NCBI GenBank assembly: GCA_963663405.2
Contig: CAXXSM010000092.1
Span: 32,001 to 96,000, forward strand
DNA length: 64,000 bases
Direction of reading: 5' to 3'
Source of the DNA: a bacterium
GTDB lineage: Bacteria > Hinthialibacterota > Hinthialibacteria > Hinthialibacterales > Hinthialibacteraceae
Shown here: in pieces, positions 10,450-23,010 of the stretch
How positions within the stretch are numbered: position 1 is the stretch's first letter
How the letters are laid out: the number at the start of each line of letters is the position of its first letter
Program-made: the position numbers and the translations under genes
The notes under the pieces: model-generated
Told to the model about the DNA's origin: nothing
The model's database searches: none
What the model saw: the letters and a program-made list of their open reading frames with translations, nothing else

Positions 10450-11898
10450 TCAAGACATCTCAGAGGGGATGTCTTCAATCAATTGAATCGTTTTCCAATA
10501 TCCCGAACGAAAGCGGAAGAGATAAACCAATCCAAGCAACGTAAGATAAACCGCCGCCCATAACCATGCGCCGGTGACTCCCCATTGGAAGAAATAGAGT
10601 ATGAACCACGTGCCCGGCACAAAGAAACACCACGCGCAGATTACCGCCGCCCACATAGCGAACGCGGTATCCCCCGCTCCCCGCAACGCGCCGGTAAAGG
10701 TGAGAATCATCGCGTCGGAAATTTGATACAAGGCCACTAACCAGAGAATTTTGGCCCCATACATCGCGATCTCCTCAAATGGAGCGTCCACCGAGACTGA
10801 TTCACTCCGGAAGAGCTCCATGAGAAACTCTGGGAAACAAAAATAAATAATCCCCAGAAAAATCATGTAGCCTTCCACGCTGAACCAGGCGGTATAGGCG
10901 CATTTCTCGGCGGTGGGATAGTCTTTCCGCCCGATGTACTGTCCCACGAGTGTCATGGCGGCGATCTCCGCACCGATCATCGGAAAGAAAGACAGCATAT
11001 TGAGTGAAAGAACAATGTTGCTGGCGGCGAGTTCCACTTTTCCTAATCCACCGATCAAAAAGATGAAGGCGGCGAACGCGCCGATATCTAATAGCAATTG
11101 CACCCCTGTCGGCGTTCCAAAACGAAGCATCCGCTTGATCAAAGGGAAATCGATCCGTATCGTCGAACGGGTATGATACGCTTGATGATTTTTCGTGGAC
11201 AGGAAGAGAACGAAATAGATCACACTCATCAACGCTGTCGAAAACACCGTCGCAATGGCCGCGCCCCGTACTCCCCAGCAGGGAAATCCCCATGCGCCGA
11301 AAATCAGCCCATAATCGAGAATTCCATTGACCGTATTCGTTAAAATACTGACGGTCATGATGACGCCGGTTCTCCCTCGGCCGGAATAGAAACTGCTCAA
11401 CGCGCCATTCAGAATAAAAAAGGTTCCCCCCGTATAGAGGTATGTAAAATATGTCTTCTCCAGAACGATCACCTCCGGCGCGTGACCAGAATGATCGATA
11501 CACAAATTACCAAGTGGCAGCAGTAAAAGAGAAAACAATCCGCCGGCGATGGAAATCACAACCCCCTGCCATGTGACCAGTCCAATTGAGCGATTCCGCT
11601 TTGCCCCATAATACTGAGCGACGAAAGTATTCGCATATTCGCTGACACCCAGAAAAAACGCGAGCATTGTAAAAAACAGAATCCCCGCGGGCATCACAGC
11701 GGCGATCTCTTCGGATCCCACCCAGGAGAGAAACAAACGATCCACAAAGTGCATCACCGCCACGGAAGCGTGGCTGATCACAAGGGGATACGCAATGAAG
11801 AAAAACTCCCGGAATCCACCGGGAGGATACAAAAGACATTTTTGATCAGACATTTTAAATTTTCGAGAAATTGCCTCGAGAACGCGAATAAAATCCAT
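10450..11898 (-). CDS. MATE family efflux transporter
   Basis: Two-repeat polytopic protein with VDRLFLS, GRGRT, GVRGAAIAT and GALRGAGDT motifs. The start may be 11853. Confidence 0.92.
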   Translation of the reverse strand: MDFIRVLEAISRKFKMSDQKCLLYPPGGFREFFFIAYPLVISHASVAVMHFVDRLFLSWVGSEEIAAVMPAGILFFTMLAFFLGVSEYANTFVAQYYGAKRNRSIGLVTWQGVVISIAGGLFSLLLLPLGNLCIDHSGHAPEVIVLEKTYFTYLYTGGTFFILNGALSSFYSGRGRTGVIMTVSILTNTVNGILDYGLIFGAWGFPCWGVRGAAIATVFSTALMSVIYFVLFLSTKNHQAYHTRSTIRIDFPLIKRMLRFGTPTGVQLLLDIGAFAAFIFLIGGLGKVELAASNIVLSLNMLSFFPMIGAEIAAMTLVGQYIGRKDYPTAEKCAYTAWFSVEGYMIFLGIIYFCFPEFLMELFRSESVSVDAPFEEIAMYGAKILWLVALYQISDAMILTFTGALRGAGDTAFAMWAAVICAWCFFVPGTWFILYFFQWGVTGAWLWAAVYLTLLGLVYLFRFRSGYWKTIQLIEDIPSEMS

Positions 11899-12033
11899 CT
11901 ATCCAATTCGCACACTCAAGTCCTTGCGCGATGGTAACAAGACTGCCGCAAGTCAATAATGATTTGGTTTGGAATAGCGCCACAATTTCATTGTATTTAC
12001 TTTTAAACACAATCCAATGCTTTCACTCGCTTT

Positions 12034-12122
12034 ATGTGTAAATGAGTCTCGAAAACTATCTCAATCAAAAACTCTTCCGAGACTCATTTGCATTTGCAGT
12101 TGTGATCTCGATCATGATGGTT
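12034..12122. repeat. Dispersed structured intergenic repeat, copy 2
   Basis: TGTAAATGAGTCTCG...CGAGACTCATTTGCA stem followed by TTTGCAGTTGTGATCTCGATCATGATGG. Confidence 0.8.
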
Positions 12123-12271
12123 ATTATTCAATAAAATATGTTTCCATTCGATTAAATTCTCCAGATTCTTTTCTTTGCATTGACTATCTCCGGCTCTGCG
12201 TTACATTGAATAAAGTAGCGGATTCTCAAAAAATAGTTGAAGAAACGATCAAACTAACCAAATCATCTTAA

Positions 12272-14089
12272 ATGAAAGAAACACAGATCTCTCTATCTCG
12301 CATCGGACTGAAATTTTTTCAAGCCAAAACCAGTCAATGGGTTTTTCTAGGAGCGCTCGTCGGTCTAATCTCCGGATTGGGCGCAATTGTCTTCAATATT
12401 CTGGTTCGAGGGTGTCTGGATTTATTCCTATTCAATGGATTGGGATGGGGGCAAATCCCTGTCGGGGAAGAATCGTATATCCTAAAACCGGCGGAAGGAT
12501 TGCGTTATTGGCTGTTGCCATTGATCCCAATGTTTGGCGGGCTGCTGGGTGGTTTTTTAGTCTTTACCTACGCGCCTGAAGCGGAAGGGCATGGAACCGA
12601 CGCGTACATCCGCGCGTTTCACCGGCTTCGGGGACGGGTCCGGGGACGGGTGCCGATTATTAAAACGATCGCCTCGGCGATTACGATCGGTTCGGGCGGT
12701 TCGGCGGGCCGCGAAGGTCCCATTGCGCAGATCGGCGCTGGATTCGGTTCCTGGCTGGGTCAGGTTCTTAAATTTGACGCGCGCGGCTGCCGCACCTTGA
12801 TGATCGCCGGCACGGCGGGAGGCATCGGCTCCATTTTCTGCGCGCCGTTGGGAGGCGCTCTGTTCGCCATCGAAGTGCTCTATCGCAACGAGGAACTTGA
12901 AACGGAAGGGCTTATCGCCGCTATTATTTCCTCCCTCATCGCCTTTTCGTTATTCTCCGCTCTTACGGGAGAAACACAGGTCTTCATCACACCCCAATTC
13001 CAATTCCACCTATGGGAATTACTTCCCTATGGTTTACTCGGTTTGGTCTGCGCGGCGATAGGGATTCTATACGTGACTGTTTTCTACGGCGCGCGGGACT
13101 ATTTCTTCAGAAAAATACCCATCCGCCCTCATTATAAACCCATGCTCGGCGGCTTGCTGTTGGGCCTGTTGGCGCTCGCGTTTCCCCAGGTCTTATCCGG
13201 CGGTTACGGCTGGATTGAGATCCTGCTGAGTGAGAATCTGAATGAGCCGGGCGTGTATGAAATCCTCACGCTTCAATTTATGTTCCTCCTCGTTTTCGCC
13301 AAACTCATCGCGACATCATTCACCATCTCCTCCGGAGGCAGTGGAGGCGTATTCGGCCCTTCGCTGTTCATTGGAGCGATGCTGGGAGCCTGGTTCGGCT
13401 ACTCCTTTGATGGGTATTTTCCCGGTTGGATCTCCGATCCCCGTTCGTTCGCGCTGGTCGGTATGGTCGCCTTCTTTTCCGGTATCGCGAAAACCCCGAT
13501 CGCGAGTTTATTAATGATCACCGAAATGGCCCACTCCTACGATCTCCTCGCGCCCATGATGCTCGTTGTCTCTCTCACGTATATTCTAACAGATCGTTGG
13601 AGCCTTTATGAAGAACAGGTCCCCCGCAAATCCGATTCCCCCGCGCACTTGGGAGAATACCGGACCGATGTCCTCGCGGGCCTACACGTGCGGGAAATCC
13701 CAATCGTGAATGGACACCTGACCTTCTCTCCCTATATGACACTGCGCCAAATGCTGCCGCAAATTCTTGATTCTTCCCAGAATGTGTTCCCTGTCGTCGA
13801 TTCGAAAGAGAACATCACCGGCGTATTCTCCATTGAAGACATCCGGACGCTCCTGCTGGAAGAGATGATGCGTGATCTGGTCGTCGCCGACGATATCGCG
13901 AATCCCGATTTCGCGTATACAACACCCAGTGAAGACTTGCACAACGTTCTGCGGAAATTAACGGAACTTGTCACGGAAGAGATTCCCGTTCTCGATCCTG
14001 AAACCAGCCAATTCCTCGGTGTCATCAACCGCCGCGACATCCTCCAACTCTACAGCAAACGCCTCGTCGACATCAAACGTGAAGCGTAA
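12272..14089 (+). CDS. ClC chloride channel / H+/Cl- antiporter with C-terminal CBS pair
   Basis: GHGTD, GREGP and GGVFGP motifs, with CBS domains at the C-terminus. Confidence 0.93.
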   Translation: MKETQISLSRIGLKFFQAKTSQWVFLGALVGLISGLGAIVFNILVRGCLDLFLFNGLGWGQIPVGEESYILKPAEGLRYWLLPLIPMFGGLLGGFLVFTYAPEAEGHGTDAYIRAFHRLRGRVRGRVPIIKTIASAITIGSGGSAGREGPIAQIGAGFGSWLGQVLKFDARGCRTLMIAGTAGGIGSIFCAPLGGALFAIEVLYRNEELETEGLIAAIISSLIAFSLFSALTGETQVFITPQFQFHLWELLPYGLLGLVCAAIGILYVTVFYGARDYFFRKIPIRPHYKPMLGGLLLGLLALAFPQVLSGGYGWIEILLSENLNEPGVYEILTLQFMFLLVFAKLIATSFTISSGGSGGVFGPSLFIGAMLGAWFGYSFDGYFPGWISDPRSFALVGMVAFFSGIAKTPIASLLMITEMAHSYDLLAPMMLVVSLTYILTDRWSLYEEQVPRKSDSPAHLGEYRTDVLAGLHVREIPIVNGHLTFSPYMTLRQMLPQILDSSQNVFPVVDSKENITGVFSIEDIRTLLLEEMMRDLVVADDIANPDFAYTTPSEDLHNVLRKLTELVTEEIPVLDPETSQFLGVINRRDILQLYSKRLVDIKREA

Positions 14090-14237
14090 CGACACAGAGC
14101 GCCAAACCAGTTTTAGAGAAAGTGTGAAACGATCAAGGCTTTGTTCTGTCCTTGCGTAATTCAATCCCCTTCAATAAAACAGACTTTTTTCTTCCTGCCA
14201 TCTTCCCAAAAATGTGCGGTTTTTTCCACACATAGGG

Positions 14238-14267
14238 TTGACATCCACCTCCTACGCGGTCTATACT
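14238..14267 (+). promoter_or_regulatory. sigma70 promoter of the BlaI/BlaR-like operon
   Basis: TTGACA-N18-TATACT. A CTACGC direct repeat overlaps it and may be an operator. Confidence 0.6.
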
Positions 14268-14314
14268 ACGCATAAAGTGCGGAAAAAACCGCACGTCAAT
14301 CCATTCGGAGGCGG

Positions 14315-14692
14315 TTGATGTCCAAATTCACGAAAAGCGAGTTGGAAGTGATGCAAGTGCTTTGGGAACACGGCTCCCTTAAACCGGCGGAAATTCAAGA
14401 AAAATTTCCCCGCGCAATTAAAAATTCCGCCCTGCGCTCCCTTCTGTCCGTCTTGTTGGACAAAGGAAGCGTCACTCGCGAAATGATAGGAAAAGCCTAC
14501 TATTACAAAGCCAAAACCCCCCAGCAATCCACTTTGAAACGTATGACAAAACAGATGGCGAATATCTTCAGTGGAGGATCAACCGCCGCCTTGATCGCTC
14601 AATTGATCAAAATTGAAGCCTTGTCGGAAGAAGACATTCGAGAACTCCAAACCATCGCCAAACAAAAAATAAAGGAACAAGAACATGAGTGA
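14315..14692 (+). CDS. BlaI/MecI/CopY family transcriptional repressor
   Basis: SELEVMQVLW...LLDKG.V.R...GKAYYY...FSGGS..LIAQL...LSEEDIREL. Confidence 0.92.
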   Translation: MMSKFTKSELEVMQVLWEHGSLKPAEIQEKFPRAIKNSALRSLLSVLLDKGSVTREMIGKAYYYKAKTPQQSTLKRMTKQMANIFSGGSTAALIAQLIKIEALSEEDIRELQTIAKQKIKEQEHE

Positions 14693-16826
14693 TTCCATCT
14701 TCTTTTCACCGGAAATCTACGCGTTGTTTCCTCTTTTGTTGAAAATCACAATTCTATTCTGCTTGACATGGATCACCGTATTATACTGTCATCGTTCCAA
14801 TCCGTATTGGCGTCTTATCCTATTACGAGGAGCGGTCATAGGAATCTTGGCGATGCCGGTTTTGACAGCCGTTGTTCCCTCGATCAATGTTCCGCTTCTC
14901 CAAGACCAGTCAGTTCAATCCCCTTCCCCGGTTCAATATCCGGTAGAAAAAGCGCTTCCTTCATACACGCCTATCCTTTCCCAATCTGACTCAATCCCCA
15001 TCAGACCGTCAACGTCTATAGAACCTATTGTGAATAAAACAAAACCATCGCCATCCGCTGGGAGAAATCCAATCTTAACACTGGGAGTAATTTGGATTTT
15101 CGGGATTTTGACACTCTGTGGATATGCTTGGATTCATCATAGAAAAATAAAACAGATGATCGAGGACTCTAAAGCGGCTCCAGCGAACCTCAAGGAACAA
15201 CTTAAACAGACCGCTGAAAGAATGGGTGTTTTAAAAACCATCGATCTCCGGTATTCTCCCAAAGCGGCGGCGCCCTTTCTCTATGGAGGATCGCATCCAA
15301 CAATCGTTCTGCCCGAACTCGCTATAGGCGGCGATTTCTCTGACGATCTCCCCACGATTTTCGCGCATGAACTCTCCCACGTACAATCCAACGATCTCGC
15401 TTGGATGGCCGTGTTTCGAGTGATGCAGACACTGTTCTGGTTTCATCCCCTGTCTTGGGCGCTCATCATGACGCACAAATCAGTGTGTGAAGAATATTGC
15501 GATATGAGAGCGGCCCAGTTCATCGGAAGCCGTGATGTATACTCGCAAACCTTGGCGCGTGTCACTTTGCATCTCTTGACTCAACCACCCGCCTATGCGG
15601 GATTAGGCATGGCGCGTCTTCCCGAAATCCGCCGGCGCCTTAATCGATTAAAACGTCCTATAAATACTGTCCCAGTTTCCCAAAACCGTATCCTTTCTTT
15701 TCTTGTAATCGGTGGCATTGCATTAACCGGATTCGCTGGTCTGCAGATCGTTCACAGCGAACAAAACAATCCACAAAATCTAGACAAGGAGACAAGCATG
15801 TCCTCTAAAATCTTACATGATATCCAATGGTACATCGATCCGAACGCCACCCAAAAAGGGGAACCCAGCATTTACCATTCCTTTGTGGCGAGTCTGGCAA
15901 CTGCGATGAACTACATCGATGAAGATTTCGATCCGGTCAAATTGATGGGATCAAGTGGATTCGCTTTCCGGACTTTTGTCTGCAAAGATTTATGCCCCAG
16001 CGCGATGAGCATGTTCAGTTTCAACGACATCCTCCCGGAAAGCATGGAACAAACAGGCTATCAAAGCATCTATATCCATCGCATGTGGGATGAGAAGCGT
16101 CTGGAGAAAAAGAGAAGAGAGCAAGCGCATGACGCGATCGTCAATGGAATCGACAGAGGCGTTCCCGCGATTGTTTGGGACACGGCGAACGTCGAGTGGG
16201 GATTGATTATTGGATACGATATGAAACAGGAACGGTATGAGACACTCACGGATGAAGGAAAACGGTCCACCCTTGCGTTCAATCGATTGGGCCGGAATGG
16301 GATTGATATCCTATCCGTCACGATTCCTGGACAGCGGAACGAGAGAACCGAGGAAGAAATCACCTTGAATGCGTTAAAAACAGCGGTAGCGCACGCCGAA
16401 CAGAAAGAATGGTTCGATCGGCCCAACTATCAAAATGGTCTGGCCGGACTAGACCTGTGGGCTTCCATTTATGACAAATGGGCGCCAAATGCGGAAGCCA
16501 GTAAACGAATTCCGGTATACAAAGACTACGTCCGGTTTTCCGCCTATTACACGGGCCACACCTATTCCGCCCGCTGTTACGCGCGGGATTACCTGAAGAG
16601 CATAGCGAATGGAGATCCAAACCTGGAAAAAGCCGCGCTATCGTACGAAAAGACCGCCGCCTCTCTAAAACCCGTCTGGGAACTCTTCTCCAATGGAAAA
16701 GAGCTCAGTGAAGAAGCGCTCACAGCGGCAGCCCAAAACATCCGATCCGCCAAAATCAACGAAGAACACGGTATCGGATTCATCAAAGAATATTTAGCTC
16801 AAGCAAACAAATCGGATCTCTTTTAA
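14685..16826 (+). CDS. BlaR1-like M56 metallopeptidase fused to an uncharacterised C-terminal domain
   Basis: HELSH zinc motif, FWFHPL and CEEYCD. The gene overlaps the blaI-like gene. Confidence 0.88.
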   Translation: MSDSIFFSPEIYALFPLLLKITILFCLTWITVLYCHRSNPYWRLILLRGAVIGILAMPVLTAVVPSINVPLLQDQSVQSPSPVQYPVEKALPSYTPILSQSDSIPIRPSTSIEPIVNKTKPSPSAGRNPILTLGVIWIFGILTLCGYAWIHHRKIKQMIEDSKAAPANLKEQLKQTAERMGVLKTIDLRYSPKAAAPFLYGGSHPTIVLPELAIGGDFSDDLPTIFAHELSHVQSNDLAWMAVFRVMQTLFWFHPLSWALIMTHKSVCEEYCDMRAAQFIGSRDVYSQTLARVTLHLLTQPPAYAGLGMARLPEIRRRLNRLKRPINTVPVSQNRILSFLVIGGIALTGFAGLQIVHSEQNNPQNLDKETSMSSKILHDIQWYIDPNATQKGEPSIYHSFVASLATAMNYIDEDFDPVKLMGSSGFAFRTFVCKDLCPSAMSMFSFNDILPESMEQTGYQSIYIHRMWDEKRLEKKRREQAHDAIVNGIDRGVPAIVWDTANVEWGLIIGYDMKQERYETLTDEGKRSTLAFNRLGRNGIDILSVTIPGQRNERTEEEITLNALKTAVAHAEQKEWFDRPNYQNGLAGLDLWASIYDKWAPNAEASKRIPVYKDYVRFSAYYTGHTYSARCYARDYLKSIANGDPNLEKAALSYEKTAASLKPVWELFSNGKELSEEALTAAAQNIRSAKINEEHGIGFIKEYLAQANKSDLF

Positions 16827-16855
16827 TCATCCACGATGAACTGTGGATCGCCTGT

Positions 16856-17825
16856 TTAGGGCGGGCAATCGGCGCAAACCGACCGGAACAAGTTCGTGGA
16901 TAGATACCGATCACCACGGTCCGGAAGCAGAACAACAATCGTATCCGAGGGGGAATAGTCCGCGGCCACTTCCAGCGCCGCCCAAACGGCGCCGCCGCTG
17001 CTCATTCCAACGAACAATCCCTCTTCCAACGCCAAGCGGTTCGCCATCGCATACGCCGGGCGGTCTTCCACCATGATTGTTTTATCGAGGCGGTCTCGTT
17101 CGAAGATCTTGGGAACGATCGCCTCTTTCATGTTTTTCCAGCCCTGAATCGCATGACCAAGTATCGGTTCAGCGCCGACAATCTGGATGTTCTCATTGTA
17201 TTCTTTAAGACAACGAGCCACCCCCATTAACGTTCCTGAAGTGCCCATCCCCGCCACGAAGGCGGTAATCTCTCCATTGGTTTGTTTGATAATCTCCGGA
17301 CCGGTGGACTCATAATGGCTCAACCAATTGTCAGGATTATCAAACTGATTGGGCATGAAGTACCGGTCAGGTTGCTCATCATAAATACGGTGCGCTTCCC
17401 GGATGGCGCCATCCGTTTTTTCATGGCCGGGGGTAAGGACCAGTTCCGCGCCATACGCCTGCAGCGTCTGCCGCCGTTCCATGCTCACACATTCGGGCAG
17501 GGTCAATTTGACGCGGTAACCCATACTGGCGCCGACCATGGCGAGACCGATTCCGGTGTTTCCCGATGTGGGCTCCAGAATAATCTTTCCCGGCGCCAGA
17601 CGGCCGTCCTCTTCCGCTTTTTTTAATCATCCACAAGGCGGGCCGGTCTTTCACCGAACCACCTGGATTATGTCCCTCCAGCTTGGCCAAGATGCGAGCG
17701 CCATGCTGGGGCCGGATTCGACGCAGTTCCACTAAGGGAGTGTTCCCAATCGATTCGAGTAAACTGGGAATTTTCGGCTGCGTCTTTTGTTTGTTCAGCA
17801 ATTCCGCTGGTTGATTCGCGCTCAT
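16856..17825 (-). CDS. cysM: Cysteine synthase (CysM/CysK family), split by a +1 frameshift
   Basis: IGNTPLV, NPGGSVKDR, GMGTSGT, GMSSG and LPDRGDRYLST. The span is 970 nt (3n+1), with the shift at the 7-nt homopolymer ~17618-17624. Confidence 0.88.
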
Positions 17826-17880
17826 GGCAGCCTCCTTATTACCAACGCTTCATAACGCGTTGGTCATCATCTCTTTTATT

Positions 17881-18489
17881 TTACGCCAACACACAAAGGG
17901 CTGATTCAGCCAAGAGGTTGGGTAAAAATGTAATTCGTCTACCTTGGTTGAAATAAACGGAATTCACTATATTGAATCCCTTTTCTTTACAAAAAAAGAA
18001 AAAATCCTTGATCGTTAAAAACTGAATATTGGGCGTATCATACCACGTATGAGGAAGTTGGTTGGTAATCGGCGCCCGGCCGGTGAAGAGAAGATAGAAT
18101 CGGCCGCGCCAATACCCGAAATTAGGGAACGTAATAATAGCCTTTTTCCCAACCCGCAGCATTTCTTGAATCACTAAATCCGGTTTGTGTGTCTCCTGCA
18201 GCGTCTCGCTCAGGATCACGTAATCAAAGGATTCATCCGGATAATCGGCGAGTCCTTCGTCAATATCACCATGATGTACGGAAAGCCCCTTACTCACACA
18301 CTCGTACACTTTCTCTTCGGACTTTTCCACACCTGATCCCTGGACCTTCTTTTTGGACTGAAGAAGTTTCAACAGATCTCCAGCGCCACAGCCTAAATCG
18401 AGTACCTTGCTCTTCTCCTCGATCAATCCACAGATGGCTTCATAAATGGGATTGGGCGCCGGTTCCGGTATAGAATCATGCGATTTCAT
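17881..18489 (-). CDS. metW: Methionine biosynthesis protein MetW
   Basis: [27 protein letters not shown] and WYDTPNI. It follows metX. Confidence 0.92.
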   Translation of the reverse strand: MKSHDSIPEPAPNPIYEAICGLIEEKSKVLDLGCGAGDLLKLLQSKKKVQGSGVEKSEEKVYECVSKGLSVHHGDIDEGLADYPDESFDYVILSETLQETHKPDLVIQEMLRVGKKAIITFPNFGYWRGRFYLLFTGRAPITNQLPHTWYDTPNIQFLTIKDFFFFCKEKGFNIVNSVYFNQGRRITFLPNLLAESALCVLA

Positions 18490-19684
18490 GCGCGGCGCCC
18501 TCCTTCGGCACGTGGGAGAGAAAATCACGGATGAGCTGGGTTTGCTGGGCGCACTCTAATAAAAACGCGTCGTGTCCATAATCGGATTTTATTTCACAAT
18601 AACTGACGGATACCCCATTCTGGCGCAAAGCGCTGACAACCACCTTGGATTGATAGGGGGGATAAAGCCAGTCACTGCTGAACGCCAAAACCAGGAATTT
18701 TGATCGAACACCTTTCAACGCTTCTGTCAAAGAACCATAGCCTTCAGCCAGATCGAAATAATCCAACGCTTTTGATATATAAAGATAACTATTCGCGTCA
18801 AACCGGCGCGTGAATGACGCGCCTTTATACTGCAGGTAACTCTCAATCTGAAAGTCGGTTAACAGATCAAAACTGACACGCTGCCGGTCCTGCAATTTAC
18901 GCCCGAATTTCTCATGCATGGACTGATCGCTCAAGTAACTGATATGACCTACCATCCGCGCGACGGCCAATCCCCGGTCCGGCGGTTCCCCATCATAGTA
19001 CTCTCCATTGTTCCAATTTGGATCCGCGAGAATCGCCTGTCTTCCCACTTCATTCAACGCAATGTTCTGCGCCGAGTGATTAGCGGTCGTCGCGATGGGG
19101 ATCACCGCTTCGACCATATCCGGATAGCTGACCGCCCATTGCAGCGCCTGCATGCCTCCCATCGATCCTCCCGCTACACAAAGAAGGCGATCGATCTCTA
19201 GATGCTCCAATAAACGCTTCTGCGCGTTCACCATGTCTTGAATGGTGATAATCGGAAACGTCAATCCATACGGCTTGTTGGTTTCCGGATTGATCGAGGA
19301 GGGACCCGTTGATCCTTGGCAGCTCCCGATGCAGTTGGAGCAGATAATGTAATATCGGTCCGTATCAAACGCCTTGCCCGGTCCAATGAAATTATCCCAC
19401 CAACCCGGCTTTTTATCGTCCGGCTGATAGTACCCCGCCGCGTGATGATCGCCCGATAGGGCGTGTAAAATCAGGATGACGTTATCTTTTTCTGGACTGA
19501 GCGTTCCATAGGTCTCATACGCGATTTGGATCGGCCCCAATTTGCGCCCGCTCTCCAATTCCAGTTCGTTAGGCGGTTCACACAACACCGCCGTGCGCTC
19601 CTGGACGAGTCCCACCGAACGTTTTCCTTTATGAATCGCAGTCATGACCATTGTCTGCACAGCCCTCTCCATGATTGAAATCAA
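18476..19684 (-). CDS. metX: Homoserine O-acetyltransferase
   Basis: [24 protein letters not shown] and YGHDAFLLE. The start may lie slightly downstream. Confidence 0.95.
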   Translation of the reverse strand: MISIMERAVQTMVMTAIHKGKRSVGLVQERTAVLCEPPNELELESGRKLGPIQIAYETYGTLSPEKDNVILILHALSGDHHAAGYYQPDDKKPGWWDNFIGPGKAFDTDRYYIICSNCIGSCQGSTGPSSINPETNKPYGLTFPIITIQDMVNAQKRLLEHLEIDRLLCVAGGSMGGMQALQWAVSYPDMVEAVIPIATTANHSAQNIALNEVGRQAILADPNWNNGEYYDGEPPDRGLAVARMVGHISYLSDQSMHEKFGRKLQDRQRVSFDLLTDFQIESYLQYKGASFTRRFDANSYLYISKALDYFDLAEGYGSLTEALKGVRSKFLVLAFSSDWLYPPYQSKVVVSALRQNGVSVSYCEIKSDYGHDAFLLECAQQTQLIRDFLSHVPKEGAAHEIA

Positions 19685-19703
19685 TTGAATTCTCTAATTA
19701 GTG

Positions 19704-21017
<1,314 letters not shown>

Positions 21018-21067
21018 TCATTGTTTATCCATGTGACACAGTGAACAATGCATCAAAAGGATTGCAA

Positions 21068-21310
21068 TCATTCCTGTTGTCCGGCTTCCCAGACACCTTT
21101 ATTCCGGTGCGCCTCCCGCTCCCGTTCCGCTTCGGCTCGAATTTTATACGCGCAATCACGAACGACTCCATACAGCACTGCGCAGCCGTCATCATCACAA
21201 TGCGCTTCCCCTTCATCGGCCAGGATAATTAGGTTTCGGGCGTATTCAAGCGCCTGCCGGATAAATTCGTTGCAATGCTTGTCTTTTTCCGTATCCCCGT
21301 TTTCCTGCAT
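21068..21310 (-). CDS. Small Cys-containing helical protein, paralog A
   Basis: 80 aa with an upstream RBS-like GAGGAAAAGGGG. It has 31/62 ungapped identities to the protein at 38018-38272. Confidence 0.85.
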   Translation of the reverse strand: MQENGDTEKDKHCNEFIRQALEYARNLIILADEGEAHCDDDGCAVLYGVVRDCAYKIRAEAEREREAHRNKGVWEAGQQE

Positions 21311-21341
21311 CCCTTTTCCTCACTTTCTTTGAGAATTCGGA

Positions 21342-22985
21342 TCAACCGAGAATCGCTTCCAGATCGACTTCCACCGTGGCGGCGGGCATGATATTAAAAT
21401 TGTCGATCAACACTTGTAAAACAGCCGGTGTCAAAAACGCGGGCAGACTCGGTCCCAAACGGATATTCTTGATACCCAAATGCAGAAGTGTCAACAAAAT
21501 ACAAACCGCTTTCTGTTCGTACCAAGACAGAATCATCGATAAAGGCAAGTCGTTCACACCACAATCAAACGCGCCCGCCAGCGCAACGGCGATCTGGATG
21601 GCGGAATAGGCGTCATTGCATTGACCGATATCGAGCAAACGGGGAATCCCGTCAATATCGCCGAACTCAAGTTTGTTGAAACGATATTTCCCACAAGCTA
21701 ATGTGAGAATCACGCAATCATCCGGGACCTGTTCCGCGAATTCCGTGTAATAATTCCTGCCTGGTTTCGCGCCGTCACAACCGCCGATCAGGAAGAAATG
21801 CCTTATTTTACCGGCTTTGACCGCTTCGATTACTTTGTCCGCCACTCCGAGAACCGCATTATGGCCAAAGCCAACCATAATCGTCTTCTCTTCTTCATCC
21901 GATTCAAATCCAGGCGCGGAAAGCGCCGCTTCAATGACAGGCGTAAAATCGCCATCGTCGATATGCTTGACACCGGGCCAGGCGACGAGTCCACTGGTAA
22001 AGATCCGGTTTTTATACGTCTCCGCCGGTTTTTGTATGCAATTCGTTGTCATCAAAATCGCGCCGGGGAACGCGTCAAATTCTTTTTTCTGATCTTGCCA
22101 CGCGCCGCCGTAATTCCCCACAAGATGTTTGTATTTTTTCAGACCAGGATAAGCCAGACAGGGCAGCATCTCTCCATGTGTATAGACGTTGATTCCTTTG
22201 TCCTCCGTCTGTTGAAGCAGCAAATCAAGATCCTTGAGATCATGTCCCGAAACAAGAATCGCCTTCCCCCGCACCGGTGTAATCCGAACCTGAGCCGGTT
22301 CTGGATGTCCATATGTGTCCGTGTTCGCCTTATCGAGCAGTTCCATGACTTTGAGATTCCACTCTCCCACCTTCAACGCCTTGGCGGTCAGTTCTTCCAC
22401 ATTAGATGGATTCCCAGCGAGAAAGTCGAGTGTCTCATGGAAGAAGTCATACACCGCGTCATCTTCCACATTGAGAATGAGCGCATGATCCGCGTACGCC
22501 GCCGTGCCCTTCAAACCGTACGTAATCAATTCTTGAAGCCCGACAATAGTTTGATCGAGTGTGTTCCAGCGCTTCTCAATTGAAACATCGAGACCTTGAT
22601 TCACGAGTCCTTCGATATCTGCGGCGGGTGTCCAGGTGGCGGGACCGGACAGCGTTTCAGGCGAACATCCTTCCCTTCCACACGCCTCTTCATACAGGCG
22701 TTTCGCCTTGCCTAGCAATTCCGACGCTTGGAGAAGAAATTCACGAATGCGTTCCGGATCGAAATTGACGTTAGTCACCGTCGTGAACAAGGCTTCGATC
22801 ACAAACACGTCAATCGCGCGATCTCTCACACCCAATTTCCCCGCCCGGTGAGCGTACATGGAAATCCCCTTCACCGCATGGACTAACAAATCCTGCAATG
22901 CGGCGGTCTCCGGCTGTTTACCACAAACGCCAACGACCGTACATCCCGTATCTTTCGCTCTTTGTTCACACTGGAAACAGAACAT
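21342..22985 (-). CDS. hcp: Hybrid cluster protein (hydroxylamine/NO reductase)
   Basis: MFCFQCEQ..GCTVVGVCGK, SGHDL, YTHGEMLP, TTNC, GGCDG, GQCNDAYS and SWYEQKA. Confidence 0.97.
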   Translation of the reverse strand: MFCFQCEQRAKDTGCTVVGVCGKQPETAALQDLLVHAVKGISMYAHRAGKLGVRDRAIDVFVIEALFTTVTNVNFDPERIREFLLQASELLGKAKRLYEEACGREGCSPETLSGPATWTPAADIEGLVNQGLDVSIEKRWNTLDQTIVGLQELITYGLKGTAAYADHALILNVEDDAVYDFFHETLDFLAGNPSNVEELTAKALKVGEWNLKVMELLDKANTDTYGHPEPAQVRITPVRGKAILVSGHDLKDLDLLLQQTEDKGINVYTHGEMLPCLAYPGLKKYKHLVGNYGGAWQDQKKEFDAFPGAILMTTNCIQKPAETYKNRIFTSGLVAWPGVKHIDDGDFTPVIEAALSAPGFESDEEEKTIMVGFGHNAVLGVADKVIEAVKAGKIRHFFLIGGCDGAKPGRNYYTEFAEQVPDDCVILTLACGKYRFNKLEFGDIDGIPRLLDIGQCNDAYSAIQIAVALAGAFDCGVNDLPLSMILSWYEQKAVCILLTLLHLGIKNIRLGPSLPAFLTPAVLQVLIDNFNIMPAATVEVDLEAILG

Positions 22986-23010
22986 TTTTTTAATTCCTCC
23001 CGGCTTTTTG

